Assembly: GCA_024975835.1 (NCBI GenBank)
Contig: GCA_024975835.1_4840.2
Source: a phage
Reading direction: 5' to 3' (one strand)
Length of the DNA stretch: 20,653 bases
Part shown: positions 7,930 to 15,323 of the stretch, piece after piece
Layout: each line of letters begins with the position of its first letter
How positions within the stretch are numbered: the stretch's first letter is position 1
Program-made: the position numbers and the translations under genes
The notes under the pieces: generated by a model
The model's input: only the letters and a program-made list of their open reading frames with translations
What the model was told of the DNA's origin: nothing
Database searches by the model: none

Positions 7930-8457
7930 ATGATAGAAATTTATTCTGACGGGGGTTCTAACCCGAAGACCAACCAGGCCGCAGGTTGGGCATTTGTCAT
8001 CAGGCCAATAACGGGTATGCAATGGAAGGTGTTCTTCGGCCATCTACCTCCCCCGTCCACTAACAATATCGCCGAGTTGTTGGGCGTGACCAACGCATTG
8101 AAGCTGCTGTGGGCATTCTCAGGAAAGGGTGAGCGCAGAATACCAAAGGCAACAATTTGGTCTGACAGCCAATATGCCATCAAGAGTGTCACCGAATGGC
8201 GAACGAAGTGGGAGTATCAGGGTTTCCCAGACAAGAACGTTGAACTCATCAAAGATCTGTTCAGAATCTATGATCTCGTTTGTTCAATTTGTGATGTTGA
8301 ACTAAAATGGGTTAAGGGTCATGCGGGGCACGAAGGCAACGAACTTGCCGATGACTGGGCCACAGCAGCCAAAAACGACAGCAACTTCCTGATTGAGAAT
8401 GACAAGATCTCAGTGAAGAAGGTTGTTGGATCTTTTGATGAATTTATCGGTATCTGA
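7930..8457 (+). CDS. rnhA: ribonuclease H, type 1 (RnhA-like)
   Basis: Start ATG 7930 (MIEIYSDGG...) within track ORF 7834..8457. Catalytic signatures IYSDGG, NNIAEL, SDSQY and WVKGHAGHEGNELADDWA correspond to the D-E-D-H-D active-site pattern of E. coli RNase HI. Confidence 0.85.
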   Translation: MIEIYSDGGSNPKTNQAAGWAFVIRPITGMQWKVFFGHLPPPSTNNIAELLGVTNALKLLWAFSGKGERRIPKATIWSDSQYAIKSVTEWRTKWEYQGFPDKNVELIKDLFRIYDLVCSICDVELKWVKGHAGHEGNELADDWATAAKNDSNFLIENDKISVKKVVGSFDEFIGI

Positions 8458-8468
8458 GGGCTTTCATA

Positions 8469-9260
8469 ATGGGAATGAACTTCGTGGACAGAGGGGAGAA
8501 TGTCGTCAAATATTTCACGGACGAAGACAACGAGCGTGTCATCAGTATCCTTCGTGATTGGATCCCTGCTCGTAAGAAGGCTCTGGCTGAAGGCACCAGG
8601 CTTCCAAAGATCCCCAACTATGTTGCTCTACAGGTCCAGCGCATCATCACCAAGATGAGTACCCGCTACAACTATCGCGACTATCCCTTCCGTGAAGACA
8701 TGGTCTCTGAAGCAATAGTCAACATCCTGCGCTACCTCCACACCTTTGACGTCGAACACATTGGAAAGAAAGGGAAGATCAACTTCTTCTCTTGGGTGAC
8801 CATGTGTGCTGATCGCTCATTTGCTCGTAAACTGAACATCGAAGAAGAGCACACGTACATTAAATTGCGCTCATTTGAAGAGGCGGGTGGGTTCGCAGGC
8901 CTGGCAGACGATCCCGACTTCCAACAAGAGATCTTTGTTGATGCTACAGGAATTGGCATGGACTTCCGTGAGCGTATCGGTAACTTTGAGAACAAAAAGG
9001 ACGCTCAAAGACAGAAGGAGCGAGAGAAGGTGGAGGCAGCTCGTCTCGCAGAATCGAATAAAAAGATTGCGAAAGGCATACTTCAATACATGGCGCAGGC
9101 TAAGAATACGGTAACAGCGCAGGCCGAAGACAATTCAGATCAGGACTTTGGCAAAACCCAATTCAATCTGGAAGATGATATCTGTGCGATGGAACCAGAT
9201 TGGGAAGCCCTCAAACAAAGATTAGAAGAACGGGAGAAAAAGAATAATGGCGATTGCTAA
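8469..9260 (+). CDS. gp55-like late-transcription sigma factor with extended charged C-terminal tail
   Basis: Pattern RYNYRDY...VNILRYLHTFD...NFFSWVTMCADRSFARKL parallels T4 gp55 as I recall it (RFNFSGY...LHNFD...YITQACFNAFVQRI). Protein is about 80 aa longer than T4 gp55, with a Lys/Glu-rich C-terminal region. Confidence 0.75.
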   Translation: MGMNFVDRGENVVKYFTDEDNERVISILRDWIPARKKALAEGTRLPKIPNYVALQVQRIITKMSTRYNYRDYPFREDMVSEAIVNILRYLHTFDVEHIGKKGKINFFSWVTMCADRSFARKLNIEEEHTYIKLRSFEEAGGFAGLADDPDFQQEIFVDATGIGMDFRERIGNFENKKDAQRQKEREKVEAARLAESNKKIAKGILQYMAQAKNTVTAQAEDNSDQDFGKTQFNLEDDICAMEPDWEALKQRLEEREKKNNGDC

Positions 9261-10362
9261 AATCGGCGATCTGCATATCGGGAGCCGTAATGGTTCCCGA
9301 TACGTTCGCGACTTCATCAAGAACTATCTCATCAATTATTTCATCCCTGAACTTGTCGACTCTGATATCAAAGAGGTCTGGCAGTTCGGTGATACGTTTG
9401 ATGTCCGCAAATTCATGTACGGGCGTGACAAGGACTGGTTGAAAGATGAGCTGACTCCGGCGCTGAAAGCTGCTGGGATCAAGTGGAATGGTATTGTTGG
9501 TAACCACGACATCACCCTGGAAGAGTCTAACCGCATCAACTGGCCATCCTACCTGAACGAACTCGACCCAGATGTGTACTGCTATTATAGCGAACCGACC
9601 GAAGTGATGATCGAGGGTGTCAAGACTCTGCTCCTACCGTGGATCAACAAGGAGAACTATGATGCGTCTATTAAGGCGATACAAGATACAGACGCCGAGT
9701 ACTGTTTTGCGCATCTGGAGCTGGCAGGGTTCAAAATGTACCAGTCCTCTACTTGTGATCACGGTCAGATCGACGTTGCGTTGCTTTCCAAGTTTACCAG
9801 GGTCGACACGGGACATTTCCATACCCGTTCGATGGAAGGTAACATTCAGTATCTTGGGACTCCGTATCACCTGAACTGGGAAGACTACAAAGATGGCACC
9901 AACCGTGGCTTCTATGTGGACGACATGCGCGGTGGTGAGGTCTTTATCCCGAACGCCGAGAATCAGACGTTGTTCCGCTATGTGGAATATGATTACACCA
10001 AGTTGTCCTCAGACGATGAGGGTAACTGGATCAACCCGGAATGGCTGAACACAGGCTTGGGTATTGAAGGGCAAATCGTTAAGGTTATTGTACAGAATCG
10101 CGACAATGCTAAGCATTATGAAAAGTTCTGTGATGCCATGAAGCGCTGTAAGTGCATTGACTACAACTTCATCGACCGGACTATTACCGTAGCGGCTGAG
10201 AAGGTTGAGGTCACCGAAGAGATGGTGGCAACCGACGCAGTGGAAGTCCTAAAGAAGGATATCCGCGCCGGGAACAACATCCAGCGCCCTGAAAACGTCT
10301 GCAAGCTGGCAGAGCACTTCTACAACGCTGCCCAACAACGTCTGAATACACTGGATGCATAA
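9247..10362 (+). CDS. gp47-like Mre11/SbcD-family recombination nuclease (calcineurin-like phosphoesterase)
   Basis: Phosphoesterase motifs GDLHIG, GDTFD, GNHD and GHFH, with N-terminal similarity to T4 gp47. Overlaps the gp55-like gene by 14 nt. Confidence 0.85.
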   Translation: MAIAKIGDLHIGSRNGSRYVRDFIKNYLINYFIPELVDSDIKEVWQFGDTFDVRKFMYGRDKDWLKDELTPALKAAGIKWNGIVGNHDITLEESNRINWPSYLNELDPDVYCYYSEPTEVMIEGVKTLLLPWINKENYDASIKAIQDTDAEYCFAHLELAGFKMYQSSTCDHGQIDVALLSKFTRVDTGHFHTRSMEGNIQYLGTPYHLNWEDYKDGTNRGFYVDDMRGGEVFIPNAENQTLFRYVEYDYTKLSSDDEGNWINPEWLNTGLGIEGQIVKVIVQNRDNAKHYEKFCDAMKRCKCIDYNFIDRTITVAAEKVEVTEEMVATDAVEVLKKDIRAGNNIQRPENVCKLAEHFYNAAQQRLNTLDA

Positions 10363-12700
10363 CATGACTCAAAGTACAGATATCCTGGCCAAATTTGGCA
10401 ATCTTTTGAAGGAAGCTGACACCCCGGTAGAGGTGGAAGTCCCATTTGAAGTGCGTGATAACGTTACGCACAAACTAACTTTCCGCAAAGGTCGTGCCAA
10501 AAACTTCCGTTCCATCGGCAATCAGTTCATGGAGATTGATTATCAGCGCAACCCAGCCACCCTTGTCACGTCTGATGACAACGGCGCGGGTAAATCCACG
10601 ATGTTGGTATGGCTGCTGTTCTTCGTACTGTACAACACCACGTACAGTAAGAAGGAGAAGAAGGCAGGCCTGGTTAACTCACAAAGCCGCAAGGAATGTG
10701 TGGGTGAGGTAGAGTTTGCCTGTCGTGGTAGTGAATGGAAAGTTCGCCGGGGTATCAAGCCCGACTTTGTTGAAGTCTACCAGATGGTGGACGGTAAGTG
10801 GTTGAAGATCGATAACGAAGCAGCCAAAGCCGACATGAACAAGTACATCGTGAATCTCATCGGTGTAGACCAGAAGATGTTTGAGAACTCTCTGGTGCTG
10901 GGCAAAGAGAAGTTCATTCCGTTCACGGAGATGTACACAGCCGACCGCCGCGCCATGGTGGAGACTATCTGGGACTTGGGCTTCTTCAGCCTGATGAACG
11001 AAGATGTCAAGGCATCCATCAAGAAAGCGAACGAAAAGCTGGACGCGATCGCGAATGAATGTGCGTTGAAGGTTGTTGACCACACCAACAAGAAGACGCA
11101 GCTACAGCAGATAGAGCGGTCCAATGCCCTTATCCAACAGCAGTCGGCCGATATCCTTGTGCAGCAACAGGAAGCCCTGACTTCCCTAGACGCTGACATC
11201 GCCGCCCAGAATGAAGAGCGCACCCGCCTCACTGCGGTTGAGTTCGAAGCCGCCCAGGAAATGAAGATAGTAGAAAGCCGCCTGCATGATGAATCCATGG
11301 TGGAGATCGATGCTGTCAAGAAAGACTTTGATGCCAAGATCCAGGCGGTGAAGGATGCCGCTCAGGAAAAGGCCGATGATTATGAGCGTATCGAAGTGTC
11401 TATTGCGGAGCATGATCTTCAGGTCTTGCGTGACCGCGCCTTTACAGTGGCCGAACGCAAGAACACCCTGCTCACCGAGCGCAACACAAACCTGGACGCC
11501 CTGAACGCTGCTATCCAGCGCCGTCAGCAGGGTGAGAACTTCCGTATCAAGTTCCAGACCGAAATGGATGGACATCAGTCGGCCATCAAGCGCTTCCACG
11601 ACATGGGGACTTGCCCAACATGTACCCAACTGGTGTCAGACGATACCAAGGCGCGTATTGAAAGCGAGTACAATCCTCAGATCCAGGAACTGCAGTCGAA
11701 GTTAGATCAACTGGACAAAGTTACCGCCGATATCAATGTCCTGATCGATGATCACAAGGCTCAGGACGATAAGTTGGTTGCTGACATTGCTGTGTTGGAT
11801 GCTGAACTGGATGCAATGCGCAAGCAGGCCGACGAAATCGTTGACAACATCAAGCAGCTGCGCCGTGATATTCAAGGTTTTCATGATGCCGCCACGATTG
11901 AGTGTAATTCGCTGAACCGTGAATGCCAACAGAAGATCCTTGACATCCGTAAGGCACTGAACGTTCGTTTTGAAGACATCACTGCGTCACTACAACAAAC
12001 TCGAGAGAATGCCGTCAGCGGGATTAAAGCCGTCGATGATAAGATCGCCGAGCTGAAAGCCCGTCGTGCTCCTCTCGTGGCGTCTATTGCCGATCTGGAG
12101 CGTAAACTGGCTGTACAGCCAACACCTACCACCGACCTGGAGAACTCTATCGCTGCGTTGGAAGGTGAACTGGAGTCTCTGTATGAACTCCGTGAAGATG
12201 CAGATGAGGAACTCCAGGACTTACAGCACCTGCTGTTCTTCTTGAAAGATGACCAGACCAAGGCGCGTATCATCGCCCTGTACTTGCCATTCCTCAATAG
12301 CAAGATCAACGAGTATCTTGAAGCCCTCAACATGTTCTTGGACATCGTTGTTGACGATACCTTTGAGATCACCATGAGCGCAGCAGGCCGCAAGGGACAG
12401 AGCATCTTCTCCCTGTCTACTGGCCAACGCAGTCGCCTGAACCTGGCTGTGACATTAGCTCTGCGCGATGTGGCTAACCTCAAGGCGTCTGTACAATGTA
12501 ACCTGTTCGTGCTGGACGAGATCCTTGAGAACATGAGCGAGCGCGGGGTGCAGGAATCGGTTGAGATGTTGAAGCATAAGTTCGGCGGGAACAACCTGTT
12601 TGTTATTAGCCAGCGCGAACAGGAGTTCCAGGAATACTTCCAACACAACATTCGCTACGGCCTGCGAAACGGCCTGACTGAAGTTATCAAGAAGGATTGA
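10355..12700 (+). CDS. gp46-like Rad50/SbcC-family ATPase
   Basis: Walker A DDNGAGKSTM, long coiled-coil middle, ABC signature LSTGQRSRLNLA, Walker B LFVLDE. Start is ATG 10355 or 10364 adjoining the gp47 stop; there is an N-terminal extension of about 35 aa relative to my recollection of T4 gp46. Confidence 0.85.
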   Translation: MHNMTQSTDILAKFGNLLKEADTPVEVEVPFEVRDNVTHKLTFRKGRAKNFRSIGNQFMEIDYQRNPATLVTSDDNGAGKSTMLVWLLFFVLYNTTYSKKEKKAGLVNSQSRKECVGEVEFACRGSEWKVRRGIKPDFVEVYQMVDGKWLKIDNEAAKADMNKYIVNLIGVDQKMFENSLVLGKEKFIPFTEMYTADRRAMVETIWDLGFFSLMNEDVKASIKKANEKLDAIANECALKVVDHTNKKTQLQQIERSNALIQQQSADILVQQQEALTSLDADIAAQNEERTRLTAVEFEAAQEMKIVESRLHDESMVEIDAVKKDFDAKIQAVKDAAQEKADDYERIEVSIAEHDLQVLRDRAFTVAERKNTLLTERNTNLDALNAAIQRRQQGENFRIKFQTEMDGHQSAIKRFHDMGTCPTCTQLVSDDTKARIESEYNPQIQELQSKLDQLDKVTADINVLIDDHKAQDDKLVADIAVLDAELDAMRKQADEIVDNIKQLRRDIQGFHDAATIECNSLNRECQQKILDIRKALNVRFEDITASLQQTRENAVSGIKAVDDKIAELKARRAPLVASIADLERKLAVQPTPTTDLENSIAALEGELESLYELREDADEELQDLQHLLFFLKDDQTKARIIALYLPFLNSKINEYLEALNMFLDIVVDDTFEITMSAAGRKGQSIFSLSTGQRSRLNLAVTLALRDVANLKASVQCNLFVLDEILENMSERGVQESVEMLKHKFGGNNLFVISQREQEFQEYFQHNIRYGLRNGLTEVIKKD

Positions 12701-12702
12701 TC

Positions 12703-12867
12703 ATGAACTACGAACAAATTAAACTCGCAATCCTGGTCTTTGCATGCATCATTGACATCATTGCATTTTCTCGTGAAGTCGAAAGGAAAAACTACCTGAA
12801 AGCACTGGGGTATCTCGGGTTCTCTGTCTGGTTCTGTTATCTACTTGCAGGTCAAATCCTGAAATGA
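12703..12867 (+). CDS. small membrane protein with two predicted TM segments (54 aa); absent from the ORF track because it is under 60 aa
   Basis: ATG 12703 lies 2 nt after the gp46 stop and the stop overlaps the next ATG (ATGA). Hydrophobic stretches IKLAILVFACIIDIIAF and LGYLGFSVWFCYLLAG read from my own translation. Confidence 0.4.
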   Translation: MNYEQIKLAILVFACIIDIIAFSREVERKNYLKALGYLGFSVWFCYLLAGQILK

Positions 12868-13193
12868 AAGTCGTCCACTTCAAGAAGGAGCCATATGACG
12901 TCTACATTGGTCGGCCTGGTAAATGGGGGAACCCGTTTGAGGTCAAAGACCATGGACGAGGCGTCTGTATCGAACTGTTTGAGGACGACCTGTATGTGCG
13001 CCTGATTGAAGGGGATATCACTGAGGATGAACTCCTTGATCTTGACGGGAAGGTATTGGGGTGCTGGTGTAAGCCGCGCCCCTGTCACGGAGATGTTTAC
13101 GTCAAAGTCATTGGTCGTATTAAACTATTCCGCAAGCTGGGTAAATCCTTTACTGAACACCTGAGACAAACATATGTCAGAATCAAAAGATGA
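12864..13193 (+). CDS. conserved protein with GNPF and CWCxPxxCHG motifs (I believe the DUF4326 family)
   Basis: Motifs WGNPF and CWCKPRPCHGDV in a roughly 110-aa protein. Family assignment is from memory of the motif pair and is not database-verified. Confidence 0.55.
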   Translation: MKVVHFKKEPYDVYIGRPGKWGNPFEVKDHGRGVCIELFEDDLYVRLIEGDITEDELLDLDGKVLGCWCKPRPCHGDVYVKVIGRIKLFRKLGKSFTEHLRQTYVRIKR

Positions 13194-13458
13194 TATCCAA
13201 GACTCCTGTGACATTGCGGTTGAAATCTGGAACCGTCGGAACCCGCATTACCAGGTGACCGTCACGCCAAATCGCTACCTTGAGCAGGGCGGTTTGATTG
13301 TTGTTGATGCTGTACTTGCGTTCAACAAGTACACCGACATGCAAATCCTGGACGGCAACTTCACTGTCGCGACCAAGACGGCTTGGGATGACCCGATGGA
13401 GTTTGTCTATGGCTGGCTGGAATGCATCGAGGAATCCTACCACCTCATCTATGAATGA
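13174..13458 (+). CDS. hypothetical protein (94 aa)
   Basis: ORF overlapping the upstream gene end by 20 nt. No motifs recognised. Confidence 0.5.
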   Translation: MSESKDDIQDSCDIAVEIWNRRNPHYQVTVTPNRYLEQGGLIVVDAVLAFNKYTDMQILDGNFTVATKTAWDDPMEFVYGWLECIEESYHLIYE

Positions 13459-13463
13459 GGCTG

Positions 13464-13497
13464 AAGGGCACTAAATATCACGTGCCCTTTATCTTTT
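13464..13497 (+). terminator. hairpin plus T-rich tail, candidate intrinsic terminator
   Basis: AAGGGCAC-(10-nt loop)-GTGCCCTT followed by TATCTTTT, a few nt after the stop at 13458. Confidence 0.55.
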
Positions 13498-13555
13498 AAC
13501 ACCTGTCAGGAGGCTCAAGCGAGCTGCAAGTCGACAAAACATAAGGAACGCCATC

Positions 13556-14170
13556 ATGACGATGACAACGTTGAAGGCCATGGCCTTGTCCGTGACCTTT
13601 ACCATTGCCAGCGGGAATGTGCACGCTTCCCAAAGTACCACCCAATGTGATTATAATTTCTCCGAGCAACAACTCAATACACTGGCAACCGCCTATCACG
13701 TAGGCAAGACACAAGATCTTGGCTACACTCTGGCCGCCATATCTTGGCGAGAGAGCCGCGCTGGTGAAGATGTAGTGTCAATGCGATACGGCCTCAAGGC
13801 GGCCAACATGGGAGCCTTTCAGAACAAGGTGAAGACAGTTGGTGATCGCGAAGGTTGTAAGAATCGCAAGTGCTATGCCAATGTCGCCATAAAGTTGCTG
13901 ACCGACCAAGAATATGCCGCGCAAGCCGCCCTCGATGAGATGCAGTTCTGGCTGACCTATCACAATCAGAATATCCGCAAATCCCTCTCCTCTTACAATG
14001 CTGGCTTCGCCCGTAATCCCGCATCGAACGCGTATGCTGCCGACGTCGTGAAGAAAGCTAAATATCTTCAGAAATGTGTGTCCTTCGAAGGCCGGACCAT
14101 CTCCGAGGTAGATCCTCAGGTGATCGCCATGAACAAGCACACAATAGAGAAACTGAAGAGGACAAGATAA
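13556..14170 (+). CDS. SLT-domain lytic transglycosylase-like protein with N-terminal signal or SAR-like segment
   Basis: Order of motifs SWRES...GAFQ...SYNAG mirrors family-1 lytic transglycosylases (ES...GLMQ...AYNAG). N-terminus LKAMALSVTFTIASGNVHA is hydrophobic and Ala/Ser/Thr/Gly-rich. AAGGAA lies 8 nt upstream. Confidence 0.6.
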   Translation: MTMTTLKAMALSVTFTIASGNVHASQSTTQCDYNFSEQQLNTLATAYHVGKTQDLGYTLAAISWRESRAGEDVVSMRYGLKAANMGAFQNKVKTVGDREGCKNRKCYANVAIKLLTDQEYAAQAALDEMQFWLTYHNQNIRKSLSSYNAGFARNPASNAYAADVVKKAKYLQKCVSFEGRTISEVDPQVIAMNKHTIEKLKRTR

Positions 14171-14808
14171 TGAACATCACTCCATCTCAGGCCGGATATG
14201 AACATATCTTGGTCTTCATTGCTCTACAGGGTGCGAAGGAAGGCATCATCGTATCCGAGTACTCAGGCACGGTTCGCCTTGCTGATTATGTCGCGCCAGA
14301 GGCGTTCATTAAGAAGTGTATTGACGCATGGTGCCTCTATGCCCTCAGCACATACCCTGCTCCTCCTGAGGGTGAGCTGTTGTTTACTGTGCCGACTCCG
14401 GCTGTTGGCGATACAGACGCGATCTTTGCCGATATGCTGACCAAGGGGTATCTGGTGTATGACCTCACCCACGATGTCTACTCCTTTACTTCGCTGAACA
14501 CCGTGTTTGGATTCACCATCACATCTGAAGCCAACATCCCTGACTGGGGTATCTTGGCTTGGGGTGTTGACGGTCTGGGTGCAACCTACGCATCGTCTGA
14601 CGTCGGTGCGGTTCTGATTGATGAGGGTGTCACCATGGAGCAGTACCTTGCCCAGTTCCCTCAGCACAATATCACAGGCAGCGACATCATTTTGGTCCAG
14701 CCTGGCGCTATCGCTCTCCCCCGTTTGGTGGATGGATGGAATCCTCGGCTGAAGGACATCATCGCAGGTATTCGGTCCCACATTCCGGTTGTGAATCCGA
14801 CGCCGTAA
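14170..14808 (+). CDS. hypothetical protein (about 212 aa)
   Basis: ATG 14170 within track ORF 14074..14808, overlapping the upstream stop by 1 nt (TAATG). No motifs recognised. Confidence 0.6.
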   Translation: MNITPSQAGYEHILVFIALQGAKEGIIVSEYSGTVRLADYVAPEAFIKKCIDAWCLYALSTYPAPPEGELLFTVPTPAVGDTDAIFADMLTKGYLVYDLTHDVYSFTSLNTVFGFTITSEANIPDWGILAWGVDGLGATYASSDVGAVLIDEGVTMEQYLAQFPQHNITGSDIILVQPGAIALPRLVDGWNPRLKDIIAGIRSHIPVVNPTP

Positions 14809-14822
14809 AAATAATTCAATAA

Positions 14823-14849
14823 AAGGGGCTTTTGCCCCTTTACTTCTTC
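14823..14849 (+). terminator. rho-independent terminator
   Basis: AAGGGGC-TTTT-GCCCCTT followed by TACTTCTTC, 15 nt after the stop at 14808. Confidence 0.6.
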
Positions 14850-14915
14850 AATATCCTTCCCTATACTTCATTCCATAAGCAGTACGACACCAACTTGAAA
14901 AGCAGGAACTATATC

Positions 14916-15251
14916 ATGACACAACTCAAGAACTTCACCGCCGATGACATGTTTGCCTTCCAGGGTGCTGAGCACTTTGCTGACGGCTCCGTACCTCGCA
15001 TCTACTACTTCTCCGACGAAGAAATGGAAGATTTCTTCGCCCTGATGGAAAAGGACTACGAATCGGGCGACTTCGTTTATATCATCCATCACGCTGAAGG
15101 ACTGACATTGGGTTGGACGGCCAACAATGAACCAGAAGAAGTAAACTTCCCTGAAGGTATCATGTCAGAGCGCGTCGAATATCTACTGGAAGCCCTGGAC
15201 CCCCACACCCTCCCGCTCTGGGCGATGTCTGTAGCCCAAGTTCAAAAATAA
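14916..15251 (+). CDS. hypothetical acidic protein (about 111 aa)
   Basis: ATG 14916 within track ORF 14832..15251, in AGGAACTATATC-ATG context. Asp/Glu-rich. Confidence 0.55.
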   Translation: MTQLKNFTADDMFAFQGAEHFADGSVPRIYYFSDEEMEDFFALMEKDYESGDFVYIIHHAEGLTLGWTANNEPEEVNFPEGIMSERVEYLLEALDPHTLPLWAMSVAQVQK

Positions 15252-15255
15252 GACA

Positions 15256-15299
15256 AGGGGCTTCGGCTCCCTTCTGGTTTCGCTAATTAAGGGAAACCA
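15256..15299 (+). promoter_or_regulatory. tandem intergenic hairpins, the first with a UUCG-type tetraloop; terminator or RNA-stability element
   Basis: AGGGGC-TTCG-GCTCCCT (one G.U), then TGGTTTC-(11-nt loop)-GAAACCA, between the stop at 15251 and the start at 15324. Confidence 0.4.
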
Positions 15300-15323
15300 A
15301 CTCATTCCATCAGGAGATATAAA

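Noticed and set aside
7885-8043. Longer minus-strand start at 8043 for the late gene
   Set aside because: It would overlap the RNase H coding region and place the TATAAATA box inside the ORF. The ATG at 7884 has a proper SD and promoter spacing.
10451-12700. GTG 10451 as the true gp46 start
   Set aside because: It aligns better with my recollection of the T4 gp46 N-terminus, but it lacks a good SD, whereas the ATGs at 10355/10364 are coupled to the gp47 stop. Left as an ambiguity.
15300-15323. TATAAAAT immediately before ATG 15324 as a late promoter
   Set aside because: It differs from TATAAATA at two positions and abuts the start codon, leaving no room for a leader or SD. More likely it is just an AT-rich initiation context.
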